Positions 50,703-61,186 of a stretch of DNA of 64,000 bases are shown piece after piece. The notes below the pieces were generated by a model, which had not been told where the DNA came from, ran no database searches, and saw nothing but the letters and a program-made list of their open reading frames with translations. Made by a program: the position numbers and the translations under genes. The stretch is from Promethearchaeota archaeon. GTDB lineage: Archaea > Asgardarchaeota > Lokiarchaeia > Sigyniarchaeales > SOKP01. Location of the stretch: positions 1 to 64,000 of the forward strand of contig JAHLWS010000056.1 in NCBI GenBank assembly GCA_019057795.1, given 5' to 3'. Numbering within the stretch: the first letter of the stretch is position 1; each line of letters starts with the position of its first letter.

Positions 50703-51629
50703 ATGGTTAATTATAAGGTTTCAGATTTTATCGAAGATTTTTTGATTTCGAAAGAAGTAGAAGAAGGGTGTGCGCCATCTACCATTAAAGCGTATCGATA
50801 CGATCTTGAAAAGTTTATTAACCTTGTAGGAGATATTGACCTCGAATCGCCAGTTTTGAGACAAAGGATAAGACTCTTTTTAAAAAAACTGAAAGATTTA
50901 GATTATTCAAAAAAGGGTATAAGTAGAAAAATCGCGTCGTTAAGATCGTTTTTTAAGTTTTTAACTTTAAATGAATTTATCACTAAAAACCCTATGGCAA
51001 CAATTAAATCCCCAAAAATCAAACTAGAAGAGAGCCTCCCTAAATTTCTGGATGTTTCTGACATTGAAGTTATTTTTAACAAGCTGAACGATTGGAGGCT
51101 ATTTAATTCAAGAAAGAGTCTAAGGTATTACTTAACTGTGAGATTGTTATATTCCACTATGGCTCGTGTAAGCGAATTGTGTGACATTAAAATTAGGGAT
51201 ATCGATTTCAAGAATGGATATATAAGGTTAAAAGGGAAAGGGGGTAAAGAAAGGATTGTTCCCGTCGATCAAAAGACTTTAGAGCTTTTTAAGGAACATT
51301 TGAATAATAGGATATCTTATAGTTCTGAAGATTATTTATTGGTTAATACAAGAAATCAAAAATTAAATCCTCGCGTTATTCAGGCTGATATAAAATTGAT
51401 AAAAGAAAAGTGTGGATTTCCAGATTCAAAGATTATTACGCCCCACATATTTAGACATACTGGAGCGACGCATCTTAGGCGTTCTGGGATGGATATTAGT
51501 GAATTACAGGACATTTTAGGCCATAGCTCTCCAAATACTACCCGAATCTATGCTAAGAACGATATTACTAAATTAAAGCAATCGTATTCAACGATGCATC
51601 CATTAAATAATAATGATTTGAAACTGTAA
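50703..51629 (+). CDS. xerA: XerA/XerC-D-type tyrosine recombinase
   Basis: RVSE, GKGGKER, HIFRH, LGH and catalytic Tyr (TRIY). Confidence 0.9.
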   Translation: MVNYKVSDFIEDFLISKEVEEGCAPSTIKAYRYDLEKFINLVGDIDLESPVLRQRIRLFLKKLKDLDYSKKGISRKIASLRSFFKFLTLNEFITKNPMATIKSPKIKLEESLPKFLDVSDIEVIFNKLNDWRLFNSRKSLRYYLTVRLLYSTMARVSELCDIKIRDIDFKNGYIRLKGKGGKERIVPVDQKTLELFKEHLNNRISYSSEDYLLVNTRNQKLNPRVIQADIKLIKEKCGFPDSKIITPHIFRHTGATHLRRSGMDISELQDILGHSSPNTTRIYAKNDITKLKQSYSTMHPLNNNDLKL

Positions 51630-51784
51630 AAACCAAGTTTTTAATAATATACTTTTTTATCATAGAAGTGATTATCTAATAATCTTCTAATAAAAACTTA
51701 AAAGTATAAGAAAGTTTAAACTTAATTTGTTCTATATTTACTTATACATTATTAATAGTTAATCATAGACAAGGATAGTTAATC

Positions 51785-52975
51785 ATGGACGAGGATGAAT
51801 TTCGAAAACAATTCATGACGAAATCAGTGTTTAAGAAAGCAAGCTCGCTTGATATGAGTTATGTACCTGAAAAGTTATATTGTCGAGACGAGGTAATTAA
51901 AAGCTTAATATATAACTTTAGAAGAATTCTTGAAGAAAAAGTGCAGCCTACGATCAGTTGCTTGATTTTAGGAAAAGGTGGGGTTGGAAAAACGGTTACA
52001 GCAAGATATTTCGGTAGAAATTTTAAGACTATTGCCTTAGAAAAAGATGTTAATATTTTTGTTGAATATTTTAATTGTATAAATTTTCGCTCAAAAAGTA
52101 AAATTGTACGAGAACTTTTGGCTAAATATACTCACGGATCTGGGCGCGGTTTTAGCGACGACGAAGCACTCAAATTAATATTAACACAGTTAATAAGAGA
52201 AAAAGGTTATATGTTATTAGTTATCGACGAAATTCACCTATTAAAATCCGAAGAAATTTTAGCTTTTTTAGATATTTCCGAAACTTATGGACATCAAAAC
52301 GCTAAACTCTCGATTTTATTAATATCTCGTAATAGAGACTGGATGAGGATTGAGACGGAAAGGATTTTAAGTCGATTAAACGAAAAGATTATTCTTAAAC
52401 CCTACAATTATGACGAGGCAAAACAAATATTAGAATATAGAAGCGAGGAGGCGTTTAAAGAGTACGTTATCAGTGATGACATTTTAAATATGGTGAGTCA
52501 AATTGTTGCTGATCACGAGAATATGCGTCATGGAATTGAGATTTTGAGAAAGAGTGGGCTCTACGCGGATAAAAATAGCTTATCTAGCGTAAATGCTGAG
52601 ATTATTAGAGAAGCTTCAAATGAAGTTTACCCCACTTTTAGAGCAGATATTATTGATCAATTAAACGATCAAGAGCTTCTGGCGCTATATGGGATAGCTA
52701 GGTCTTTAATTAACCATAAGGAACCCTTCTCTTTAGTTGATGATGCTTTCGAAGAGTATCAAATAATATGCGAAACTTATTCAATAGAACCACACGTAAA
52801 AATGAGTTTTAGGAAATATATACGGCAACTAAATCAATTAGAAATTATTTCTTCGAAAACTGTAAGAATTGAGGAAGCAGAGCGAGGTCGACATCTTGAA
52901 ATTACTTTGTTAGATATTCCAGCAGTTAAATTGGAAGAATTTTTAATAGATATTTTTAACAGAAAGTTTGATTAA
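51785..52975 (+). CDS. cdc6: Orc1/Cdc6 replication initiator
   Basis: YVPEKLYCR, GKGGVGKT, IDEI, C-terminal winged helix (RGR). Confidence 0.93.
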   Translation: MDEDEFRKQFMTKSVFKKASSLDMSYVPEKLYCRDEVIKSLIYNFRRILEEKVQPTISCLILGKGGVGKTVTARYFGRNFKTIALEKDVNIFVEYFNCINFRSKSKIVRELLAKYTHGSGRGFSDDEALKLILTQLIREKGYMLLVIDEIHLLKSEEILAFLDISETYGHQNAKLSILLISRNRDWMRIETERILSRLNEKIILKPYNYDEAKQILEYRSEEAFKEYVISDDILNMVSQIVADHENMRHGIEILRKSGLYADKNSLSSVNAEIIREASNEVYPTFRADIIDQLNDQELLALYGIARSLINHKEPFSLVDDAFEEYQIICETYSIEPHVKMSFRKYIRQLNQLEIISSKTVRIEEAERGRHLEITLLDIPAVKLEEFLIDIFNRKFD

Positions 52976-53134
52976 TAAGTCTTTATATTTGTAAAAGTTG
53001 GACTATAATAATAAGTCCTTTCGCTTTTTTGAGCTAAAAAATATACTCTAGAATTAATTAAATAAGAAATATTAATCTTGGAGAATTTGAACTTACTCAA
53101 AGGATTTTTAATATTGGTTAAATTAATCAATTAA

Positions 53135-53365
53135 TTAATAGTTTTTTTTTTCTTCCTTTGACTTTGAGTACCAGTCCAACCAATCCTTGCGTCGGTTTTT
53201 TGCTTTCTGTACTTCATCAGTTTCTAATCCCCGTTCATTTCGTATCTTATGCCAAAATTGATCTAATTCGTAACGAGATAATGACAATCCACATGAACTA
53301 CATACCATAAGACGATTGTCGGGATTGTATTTCATGTTACCAGCGCATTCTGGACAACGAGCCAT
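53135..53365 (-). CDS. Small zinc-ribbon protein
   Basis: CPECAG...CSSCG. Confidence 0.75.
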   Translation of the reverse strand: MARCPECAGNMKYNPDNRLMVCSSCGLSLSRYELDQFWHKIRNERGLETDEVQKAKNRRKDWLDWYSKSKEEKKNY

Positions 53366-53521
53366 ATTCTTTTCTTTCTATTTTTTTTTCTCTTGTAATA
53401 TTAGAATTAAACACCGTTAAAATAATTATTGTTAACCTTAAACTCCAAATTTATTTTTAATGTTGTATTAATCTAATAAAAATCATTAAATTAGTCATTT
53501 ATTAGCATAATATTTGTAAAA

Positions 53522-54766
53522 GTGGTATTATTGAGATCAGATGTCTATTACATTACAGCACGAACACACACTCATGAAGAGAGTTTAAGTAAAGTTAAAG
53601 GTCCTTTAGCGCTAGATAAAATCGGATTTAAGAACAAAGTGAATAAAGGAGATAAAGTAGTAATCAAAACTCACTTCGGAGCTTTAGAGAATGTTAGATA
53701 TTTACGTCCTAGTTATTTAAGATTCCTATGTGATTATGTAAAGGGTTTAAAAGCAATTCCATCTGTAGCAGAATCGTGCGGTTGGGGTGCTCCAGAGGCG
53801 TTTACAGGGACCCATACGGAATACAGTGGTCGAGCAACAGAAAAGGAATACTTAGAAATAGCTAAAATGCATGGTTTTACCGATGAAACCATGGGAGCAA
53901 AAATTTTAATGCTTGATGGTAGCGTTGGTACCGATATAGCGATACAAAAAATTAATGGTAAGCGATTTAAAGAAATATTAGTTGCCGGGAGATTGAGAGA
54001 ATTTGACCACATGATTTTAGCTACACATTTTAAAGGGCACGCTGGAGCTGGGTTTGGTGGGGCTATAAAGAATTTAGGCATTGGGTGCGTAAGCAAAGGA
54101 GGTAAAGTTCAAGCGCATGTTGGTAAAAAATTTGAATTTAATTACGACGCACCAATTTCTGATTACGAAGATTGTTTGAAAATTTGTCCTACAAATGCCT
54201 TAACGGAAAGAACAGACGGTAAATTAAAGCGTGATGAGAATAAATGTAGATACTGTTATATGTGTAAATCAGTCTGTAAAAATAATGTAATAGATACTGG
54301 AGCATCAACACGAGAGGAATTTATAACTCAGATGGTAGATAACGCTGCGGGTGTTGTTGATTATTTTGGAAAGGATAAAATATTTTATATCAATTATGTT
54401 ATAGATGTTACATGGCAATGTGATTGTACAGGTGGTTCCGATATTCCATTTGTGAGCGATATTGGTGTTTTATCCTCACTGGATCCCGTTGCAATAGATC
54501 AAGTTGCCATTGATTTAATTCATTCTTCTTTAATGAACCCTCATTCAATTTTAGGTGATGTTAAAAATATATCTAAAGATAACACACATGAATGGTTTTC
54601 TTACGTACCTAGATTTGATCCGAAAACACATGAATTGGACTTAAATCTCAATGGGAAAGAATCCAAACACTGGGAATTACAATTGAAAGCAGCAGAAGAT
54701 ATCGGATTGGGGTCGAAGGACTATAATTTAGTTGAAGTGAAAGTAGAAAGTAAGAAGAAGAATTAA
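53522..54766 (+). CDS. DUF362-domain Fe-S protein
   Basis: KTHFG, HFKGH..AGFGGAIKNLGIGC, ferredoxin Cys, CDC, DPVAID. Confidence 0.9.
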   Translation: MVLLRSDVYYITARTHTHEESLSKVKGPLALDKIGFKNKVNKGDKVVIKTHFGALENVRYLRPSYLRFLCDYVKGLKAIPSVAESCGWGAPEAFTGTHTEYSGRATEKEYLEIAKMHGFTDETMGAKILMLDGSVGTDIAIQKINGKRFKEILVAGRLREFDHMILATHFKGHAGAGFGGAIKNLGIGCVSKGGKVQAHVGKKFEFNYDAPISDYEDCLKICPTNALTERTDGKLKRDENKCRYCYMCKSVCKNNVIDTGASTREEFITQMVDNAAGVVDYFGKDKIFYINYVIDVTWQCDCTGGSDIPFVSDIGVLSSLDPVAIDQVAIDLIHSSLMNPHSILGDVKNISKDNTHEWFSYVPRFDPKTHELDLNLNGKESKHWELQLKAAEDIGLGSKDYNLVEVKVESKKKN

Positions 54767-54838
54767 AAAGCATTCTATACTTTAATCATTAATAGAATTA
54801 TCTTAAATTTAATACAGATAACAGATGGGTGAAATTAT

Positions 54839-55468
54839 ATGTCTAAACAAACTAAAGAAAGGATAAATTGGAATATAAAAGGAGTATGGTACGAAGCATG
54901 TGCTGCGGAAGGTCATTGTCCGATGTATTTCGGTAGAAACATGGAATCTCCTTGTAAATCATTTCAATTATTTCAAATTAATGAAGGTAAATTTCAAGAT
55001 GTTGATGTCGGGGGAATATTAGCAATTAATATAATTGATTTATTTTCCCCAAAGGCTGCCGATTTAGTGGCGAAAGGTGGAGAAGGGGGAATATACATTA
55101 GTAAAGATGCATCTGAAGAACAGAGAAAGTATTTAGAACCTTTTTTCGTTAATAATATTCCTGGTGGCTTATTAGTGAGAAAAGTTTTGGGAATTAAATA
55201 TGTCGATATAACTTTAGAACAAGAAGGCAATATTTATAAAATTAAGATGCCCTATGGAGAAATGAATCTCTCGTTGGCACCAGGAGGGGATGGAAAGAAT
55301 CCTCAACGTATCGAAAACTCATTATTTAGTATGATGTTTTCTGATATTAAGATTTGTAACACTCACTCTTGGAAATTCAACGATTTTGGAAAGAATTGGG
55401 AATTTACAAATAGAAGTGGTGCAATAGCAGCCTTTAATCTACAAGGCAAATCCAGAAAATTTTTTTAA
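54839..55468 (+). CDS. DUF1326-like protein
   Basis: WNIKG.WYEAC...CP, I.EG.F.DVD, YI...ASEEQR. Confidence 0.75.
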   Translation: MSKQTKERINWNIKGVWYEACAAEGHCPMYFGRNMESPCKSFQLFQINEGKFQDVDVGGILAINIIDLFSPKAADLVAKGGEGGIYISKDASEEQRKYLEPFFVNNIPGGLLVRKVLGIKYVDITLEQEGNIYKIKMPYGEMNLSLAPGGDGKNPQRIENSLFSMMFSDIKICNTHSWKFNDFGKNWEFTNRSGAIAAFNLQGKSRKFF

Positions 55469-55526
55469 TAAATCGTTTAAATTAAAGATATGATTAATCT
55501 TTCTCGTTAAATTTAAAGGTGAGATA

Positions 55527-57254
55527 ATGAAACCATTTTTAACCCTTGAAGAAGTAAGAAATGCTATTATAGGTCGGAATTTTATTTTCCAGACGCCTTA
55601 TGGAATGCGTCTTCTCACATATGCAGACTACACTGCATCTGGTAGATCTCTCAAATTTATTGAACAATTTTTAATCAAAATTCAACGAGAATATGCCAAT
55701 ACTCACACAGAAGACGATGTAACTGGGCGTCAAATGACGGAAATCTTACATCAAGCGGAAACTATAATAAAAAAGGCTTTTAATGCAGAGAAAAATTGCA
55801 AAATTATAGCCACGGGTACAGGTGCAACGGGAGCGATATCCAAGTTCCATGAAATTATAGGTATACGTCTACCTCCAGCAACGAGAAATCTTGTTCTTTC
55901 AATATTAGACAATTCATCTGAGGAAAATGTTATAGATCAAAATTTGAGAAAGAAACTTGAACTAGAAATTAATCGATTGAAACCCGTTGTTTTTATTGGT
56001 CCTTATGAACATCATTCTAACGATATAATGTGGCGAGAAGCTATTGCAGAAGTTGTAACCATTCAACTTACCCCCGATGGTTATCTTGACTTAAAGGATT
56101 TAGAAAGTCAAGTTTCAGATCAAAAGTATAAAAAAAGGCTAAAAATCGGCTCTTTTTCAGCAGCATCGAATGTTACTGGTTTAAAATCTCCAGTTTATGA
56201 AATTGCTCGTATAATGCATAAATATAATGCTTTAGTTTGTTTTGATTTTGCCGCTAGTGCTCCCTATGTAAAAATTAATATGAACAATGATTCTGATACT
56301 TTTTTTGATGCAATTTTTATATCGCCTCACAAATTCGTGGGAGGTCCAGGGTCGTCAGGAATCTTAGTCTTTAATGAACGAGTTTACAATCTCGCACTCT
56401 CTCCAACTTCTGCTGGAGGTGGAACCGTTGATTTTGTTAGCTCAACCACAGTGGATTATTCAAAAGATATTGAAACCAGAGAAAGAGCGGGCACTCCAGG
56501 GGTCTTGCAAACAATTAAAGCGGCATTAGTTATTGATCTAAAGGATGCTATTGGAATTGATAATATTGAATCGAAAGAACTAGAGTATTCAACCCGAGCT
56601 TTAAAGCGATTATCCAAACATTCAAAAATCAAAGTTCTCGGTCCAATCGACCCAGAAAATCGCATCCCAATTGTGTCATTTATGATTAAACATGGAAATA
56701 AAGATTTACACCCAAAATTCGTCACTAAATTGCTCAACGATTTGTTTGGAATTCAAAGTCGGGCAGGTTGCATGTGTTCTGGACCATATGGGAACTTATT
56801 GCTCAAAATCGATGAAGAACAATCTCAAAAATTCCGAAAAATTGGTCAACAAGGGAAATTCGGAATTAGACCAGGATGGTGCCGCGTTAATTTCCATTAT
56901 CTCTTTTCCGAGATAGAGTTCAAATTTATCTGTCAGGCGATTGAATTTATCGCAGATTATGGGTATCTATTTCTTAGAGAATACTCTTTTAACATTAATT
57001 CGGGAGTATGGACACATCTCAATTTCAAAGATACTCTCTTATACAACAAACCAGACATTAAATCGGTGCTCACAACAAATTTAAAAGATTGTTTTGACGA
57101 GGAATTAATTGATAGAGATGTGGAATTTACTAAATATTTGAATGATGCTAGGAAACTAGTCAAAACATTCGGAGATGAAATTGAATATCATCAGTTTGAT
57201 GATCCTGAGGCCGAAGAACTAAGATGGTTTAATTTTATACATATAAATAAATAA
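55527..57254 (+). CDS. Class V PLP aminotransferase/cysteine desulfurase-like protein
   Basis: YADYTASGR, EHHSN, SPHKFVGGPG, QSRAGCMC. Confidence 0.92.
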   Translation: MKPFLTLEEVRNAIIGRNFIFQTPYGMRLLTYADYTASGRSLKFIEQFLIKIQREYANTHTEDDVTGRQMTEILHQAETIIKKAFNAEKNCKIIATGTGATGAISKFHEIIGIRLPPATRNLVLSILDNSSEENVIDQNLRKKLELEINRLKPVVFIGPYEHHSNDIMWREAIAEVVTIQLTPDGYLDLKDLESQVSDQKYKKRLKIGSFSAASNVTGLKSPVYEIARIMHKYNALVCFDFAASAPYVKINMNNDSDTFFDAIFISPHKFVGGPGSSGILVFNERVYNLALSPTSAGGGTVDFVSSTTVDYSKDIETRERAGTPGVLQTIKAALVIDLKDAIGIDNIESKELEYSTRALKRLSKHSKIKVLGPIDPENRIPIVSFMIKHGNKDLHPKFVTKLLNDLFGIQSRAGCMCSGPYGNLLLKIDEEQSQKFRKIGQQGKFGIRPGWCRVNFHYLFSEIEFKFICQAIEFIADYGYLFLREYSFNINSGVWTHLNFKDTLLYNKPDIKSVLTTNLKDCFDEELIDRDVEFTKYLNDARKLVKTFGDEIEYHQFDDPEAEELRWFNFIHINK

Positions 57255-57410
57255 AAGCTGGGTTTATAGGAAAAGATTTTATTCTTTATACTTCTTGCGA
57301 CTATATAAATAATTCTTTATAAAAAACAGATATATTTAAAAAAAGATTTTATCTATAAATCATATAAAAAAAACCAATAGAGATAATAAATGGTAAATAG
57401 GTAAAATAAA

Positions 57411-58310
57411 TTGATTATAGATTCACATTGCCATATTTGGGATAAATCCATCATAAGTGGAAGTTTTAAGAAGTTAATTGATGATGGAGCTAAGCAAATG
57501 GGTTTATCAGATCCTTCAACGTTATATGATGGATCAGTAGAAAGATTAATTAGAGAGATGGAAGAAGCAGGAATTGATAAAACGGTTATATTAGCATTAG
57601 ATGGTCATATTGCTTTTACGGCTAATTTAACTTATAAAGATTACAACGATTACGTTGCAAATATCATTAATGAATATCCAGATAAATTAATAGGATTTGC
57701 GGGAATTGATCCTAGAAGAGGTAAAGAAGCTATTCAAGAACTTGAAAGGTGCGTGGAATTGGGATTGAGAGGTCTAAAACTTTGGCCGTTAACTGGATTT
57801 TATCCAGATGATCTAAATTTTTACCCCTTTTATAAGCGCGTACAAGAATTGGAGATTCCTGTTCTGATGCATACAGGGTCAGGACCGCCAGGTACATACA
57901 TAAAATATTGCCAACCAATTTATGTTGATAAAGTAGCTATAGATTTTCCCGATATGAAAATAATTATGGCTCATATGGGAGACCCTTTTACAAATCAAGC
58001 TATATCGGTTGCTAGCAAGAATTTTAACGTTTATCTTGACATCTCTGCTTGGGAACCGGTCTTAAAAAGGGTTCCTGCCGCCTTTATTCAAACGCTTTTT
58101 CAAGCGAAATCAGCGTGTGGTATTGATAAGATACTTTTCGGTTCAGATTGGCCTCTTTTTGTTTCGTTCTTATCTCTTAAAGATTGGGTAAAAGGTATTA
58201 GAAAATTAAAAATACCTCCTCCTCTCAAACTAATGGGATTAACGGACTTTACTGAAGAAGACAAAGACAAAATTCTAGGAATAAATGCTGCTAAAGTGCT
58301 GGGATTATAA
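57411..58310 (+). CDS. Amidohydrolase_2 family metallohydrolase
   Basis: IIDSHCH, HTG, AHMG, FGSDWP. Confidence 0.92.
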   Translation: MIIDSHCHIWDKSIISGSFKKLIDDGAKQMGLSDPSTLYDGSVERLIREMEEAGIDKTVILALDGHIAFTANLTYKDYNDYVANIINEYPDKLIGFAGIDPRRGKEAIQELERCVELGLRGLKLWPLTGFYPDDLNFYPFYKRVQELEIPVLMHTGSGPPGTYIKYCQPIYVDKVAIDFPDMKIIMAHMGDPFTNQAISVASKNFNVYLDISAWEPVLKRVPAAFIQTLFQAKSACGIDKILFGSDWPLFVSFLSLKDWVKGIRKLKIPPPLKLMGLTDFTEEDKDKILGINAAKVLGL

Positions 58311-58347
58311 AAAAAGTAATAATAATAAAAATTTTATTTTTTTGTTT

Positions 58348-59688
58348 TTAAGAAGAAACATTCAAATTATTAAACGCCATATATGGAAAAAGAACATTTT
58401 CGGAAAACTCCCGCTCTTTAGATATATATAAGCAGTTTTTTACCATTTCAAGTACATTGCCACTAACATTTCCTAGTTTAATTGGATTTTGAAACTCGCC
58501 GTTTTTAATGTAATATCCATTTCTAATTTCCGCTCCAAAATTACCTGATATATCGTCCGGAGATAGCCAAGAAAACTGTTCGATGTAATACCCCTCCTTA
58601 ACATTTGAAATCATCTCCTTTAAGGAAATATCTCCTGGTAATATTTTTAAATTACTGATGCCATTAACTACCGTCCCACTTTCTGCTCTTCTGGCATTTC
58701 CTGTTGAATGTACATTATCTAAAATTGCATATTTCTGATTGTACAACCTATTTCGAAAGACTCCGTTCTTTAAGACTTCTGTTTCCTGATGAGGATTTCC
58801 TTCTGAGTCCCATGAACTCGAATTAAGTCCTCCCTCTAGCAATCCGTCGTCGATTAATGTGATGTTATCGCTTGCAACTTTGTCTCCAAGATTATAGCGA
58901 GAAATTTTTTCAAAATGAGCTTCAGCGAGCACATGGAATCCAATCACGGTATTAATTGCCGCTCTTAAGACAGATGGAGAAAATATTACAATGGCGTCAT
59001 TGGCTGGTTTAGGTTCTTCTGCTCTTAATGTATCTTTTGCTCTTCTTGCCCAATTGTTCACTCTTTCGTTAAATTTTAAATGTTCTTTCTCTTTATAATA
59101 TCCAACATCCCAAAACTCAGATAACTCCCCATTTTCTTGTGCCTTTAACGCAAATTCAACAAAGAAGAAGGTTTTCTTAGAATCTAAATTTAAGGCATTA
59201 CTATTTCTTAAGGAGCTGTGATAACTATGAATTCTAAAGCGTCCAAAAGTAGTCTTTACATCTTTTTGCTGGGACGCCTCTGATATTAACTCCTCTGCTA
59301 AATCTTTCTTAATTGCTATGGGATCGTCTAAGATTTTTTTATCTGCAGTATTTAGTTCCGATATATGTTTCTTTTCTGGAAAAAAATACTTGGTATTTGA
59401 ATTAAATTTAGATAACATAGCACAAATATCAATATTTTTATCAATTTGTCCTTTATCCAGAGAATTTCCCTTAATTACACCTATACCAGTTTCATCTTTC
59501 TTTTGGGAAAGAATCCGTATAAAATATTCAAAGTCTTTTATTTCTCGCTCATTATCTGCTTGATTTTTCAAGAAAATAGTCTCGTAAATATTCTTCTCCA
59601 CAAGATATATCTCGTATTCTTCGATGTTCTTTGATTTCAATCCTTTTTCAATTAAATCTAATCTTTCGTTTGACATTTTTTCTCTCAC
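58348..59688 (-). CDS. tldE: TldE/PmbA family protein
   Basis: DSEG, STGNA, SGNF; no HExxH; coupled to tldD. Confidence 0.88.
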   Translation of the reverse strand: MREKMSNERLDLIEKGLKSKNIEEYEIYLVEKNIYETIFLKNQADNEREIKDFEYFIRILSQKKDETGIGVIKGNSLDKGQIDKNIDICAMLSKFNSNTKYFFPEKKHISELNTADKKILDDPIAIKKDLAEELISEASQQKDVKTTFGRFRIHSYHSSLRNSNALNLDSKKTFFFVEFALKAQENGELSEFWDVGYYKEKEHLKFNERVNNWARRAKDTLRAEEPKPANDAIVIFSPSVLRAAINTVIGFHVLAEAHFEKISRYNLGDKVASDNITLIDDGLLEGGLNSSSWDSEGNPHQETEVLKNGVFRNRLYNQKYAILDNVHSTGNARRAESGTVVNGISNLKILPGDISLKEMISNVKEGYYIEQFSWLSPDDISGNFGAEIRNGYYIKNGEFQNPIKLGNVSGNVLEMVKNCLYISKEREFSENVLFPYMAFNNLNVSS

Positions 59689-61079
59689 CCCGGACTCACC
59701 AATGCGTTTTTAACTCTAATATAACTACCACCAGAAGTAACGGGAACGAAATCTTCACTACCTTTTCCACATGTCCCGCCATCAAGTTTCGTAGGGTCCT
59801 TACTTACAGCATCGATATTCTTTAATAATTCAAGAACATCTCCACTTAGAGCTGTAGCCTTCAAAATTTTTGTTTTTTCCCCATTTTCAATTAGATACGC
59901 TTTTTTTGATGTGCATTGCATGCCTCCGCCTAGAGGGTCTTCCATTCCAAAAAACCCATGAACCAACATTATTCCTTCGTTGATTTCTGAGATAATTTCA
60001 TTCAGATCATAATCACCAGAACCGAAATAAGTATTTGACATTCTAACATTGATAGGATGGGCGAAACTTTCTCGTCTTCCATTTCCTTGAGGGATGGCAC
60101 TTAAATCTGAGGCAGATCTCCTGTCATATATGTAATTTTTCAATATACCATTTTCTACTAAAACATTGCTACCTGCTTTTATTCCTTCGTCATCAAAAAA
60201 GTAAGAACCTAATTTTTTCTCTAACGATGGTGTGTCGTAGATCGAGCAGATATTGGAAGCAACTTGCTTATTTAGGTGTTGTTTTAAATAGCTTCGATCT
60301 CTTAATATTTGATCTGCTTCCAAACCATGCCCAAAACTTTCATGAGCAATCAATCCCGCCATTGGGGGGTCTAAAATGATTGTTCGTCTTCCTGAGGGGG
60401 GTAATTCAGCTTTTAACATTTCAAGAGAGTTTTTAACCGTTTTTTCTAATAATTCATAATCAAATAAATCAAAAATTTCATATCCAATCTCTCCAGAAAT
60501 AATCGAATAATCATAATCAACAACAGATCCTTCTTTAGCAATAGGTAAAACCATAATTCGTACACGTGGAATTACTTGTCTCAATTTGCATCCTTCATTA
60601 TTGACGAAGATTCGCTCAATTATAAATTCCATGTACTTTACTTGAACATTAATAATTCTCTCGTCGTAATTCTTGATATAACCATATATTTCCCTTACTT
60701 TCTTGATTTTATCCTCTATAGGTATGTTCGCAGGATCGATTTTAGGCTTAATCTCTTTGTTTAATTCCCAGCCTTCGAATTCCGCTATTGCATCTCCCTT
60801 TTTGGTCAATTTTGGGATCTTATTTTTAATAACGCCAATATCAGAACTCTCTTCAATTGCTATTTCTTTCCATATTCCTGAAAATGTACGAGCAACTATA
60901 CCCGATTTTTTAGTATTAACTGAAAAGTTTTCAGAGGAGCGGGTTTTTGCTATGGTTGTGGACGAAACCGAATCGTATAAGATGTCAAAATATTGATCGC
61001 GACGATTATAGTGGTTCGTTATTTCTTCAAATTCAGAAAAAATTTCTTCGTAAGATTTGTCACTCACATATTTCACCAA
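59685..61079 (-). CDS. tldD: TldD metalloprotease
   Basis: HESFGHGLEAD, FDDEG, RMSNT, CGKG. Confidence 0.95.
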   Translation of the reverse strand: MVKYVSDKSYEEIFSEFEEITNHYNRRDQYFDILYDSVSSTTIAKTRSSENFSVNTKKSGIVARTFSGIWKEIAIEESSDIGVIKNKIPKLTKKGDAIAEFEGWELNKEIKPKIDPANIPIEDKIKKVREIYGYIKNYDERIINVQVKYMEFIIERIFVNNEGCKLRQVIPRVRIMVLPIAKEGSVVDYDYSIISGEIGYEIFDLFDYELLEKTVKNSLEMLKAELPPSGRRTIILDPPMAGLIAHESFGHGLEADQILRDRSYLKQHLNKQVASNICSIYDTPSLEKKLGSYFFDDEGIKAGSNVLVENGILKNYIYDRRSASDLSAIPQGNGRRESFAHPINVRMSNTYFGSGDYDLNEIISEINEGIMLVHGFFGMEDPLGGGMQCTSKKAYLIENGEKTKILKATALSGDVLELLKNIDAVSKDPTKLDGGTCGKGSEDFVPVTSGGSYIRVKNALVSPG

Positions 61080-61186
61080 AGTTTTAAAATTTAAGTTAGA
61101 ACTAAGTTAGTTTTATAACAAAAATTATAGTAAAATAATATGTCTAATAATATATAGGTTTAGATGTAAATTCTATTAAGGTTATC

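Noticed and set aside
51630-51784. Replication origin next to cdc6
   Set aside because: AT-rich with a 12-bp repeat (ATAGTTAATCAT twice), but no ORB-like TCCA-GGAAAC boxes or G-strings are visible.
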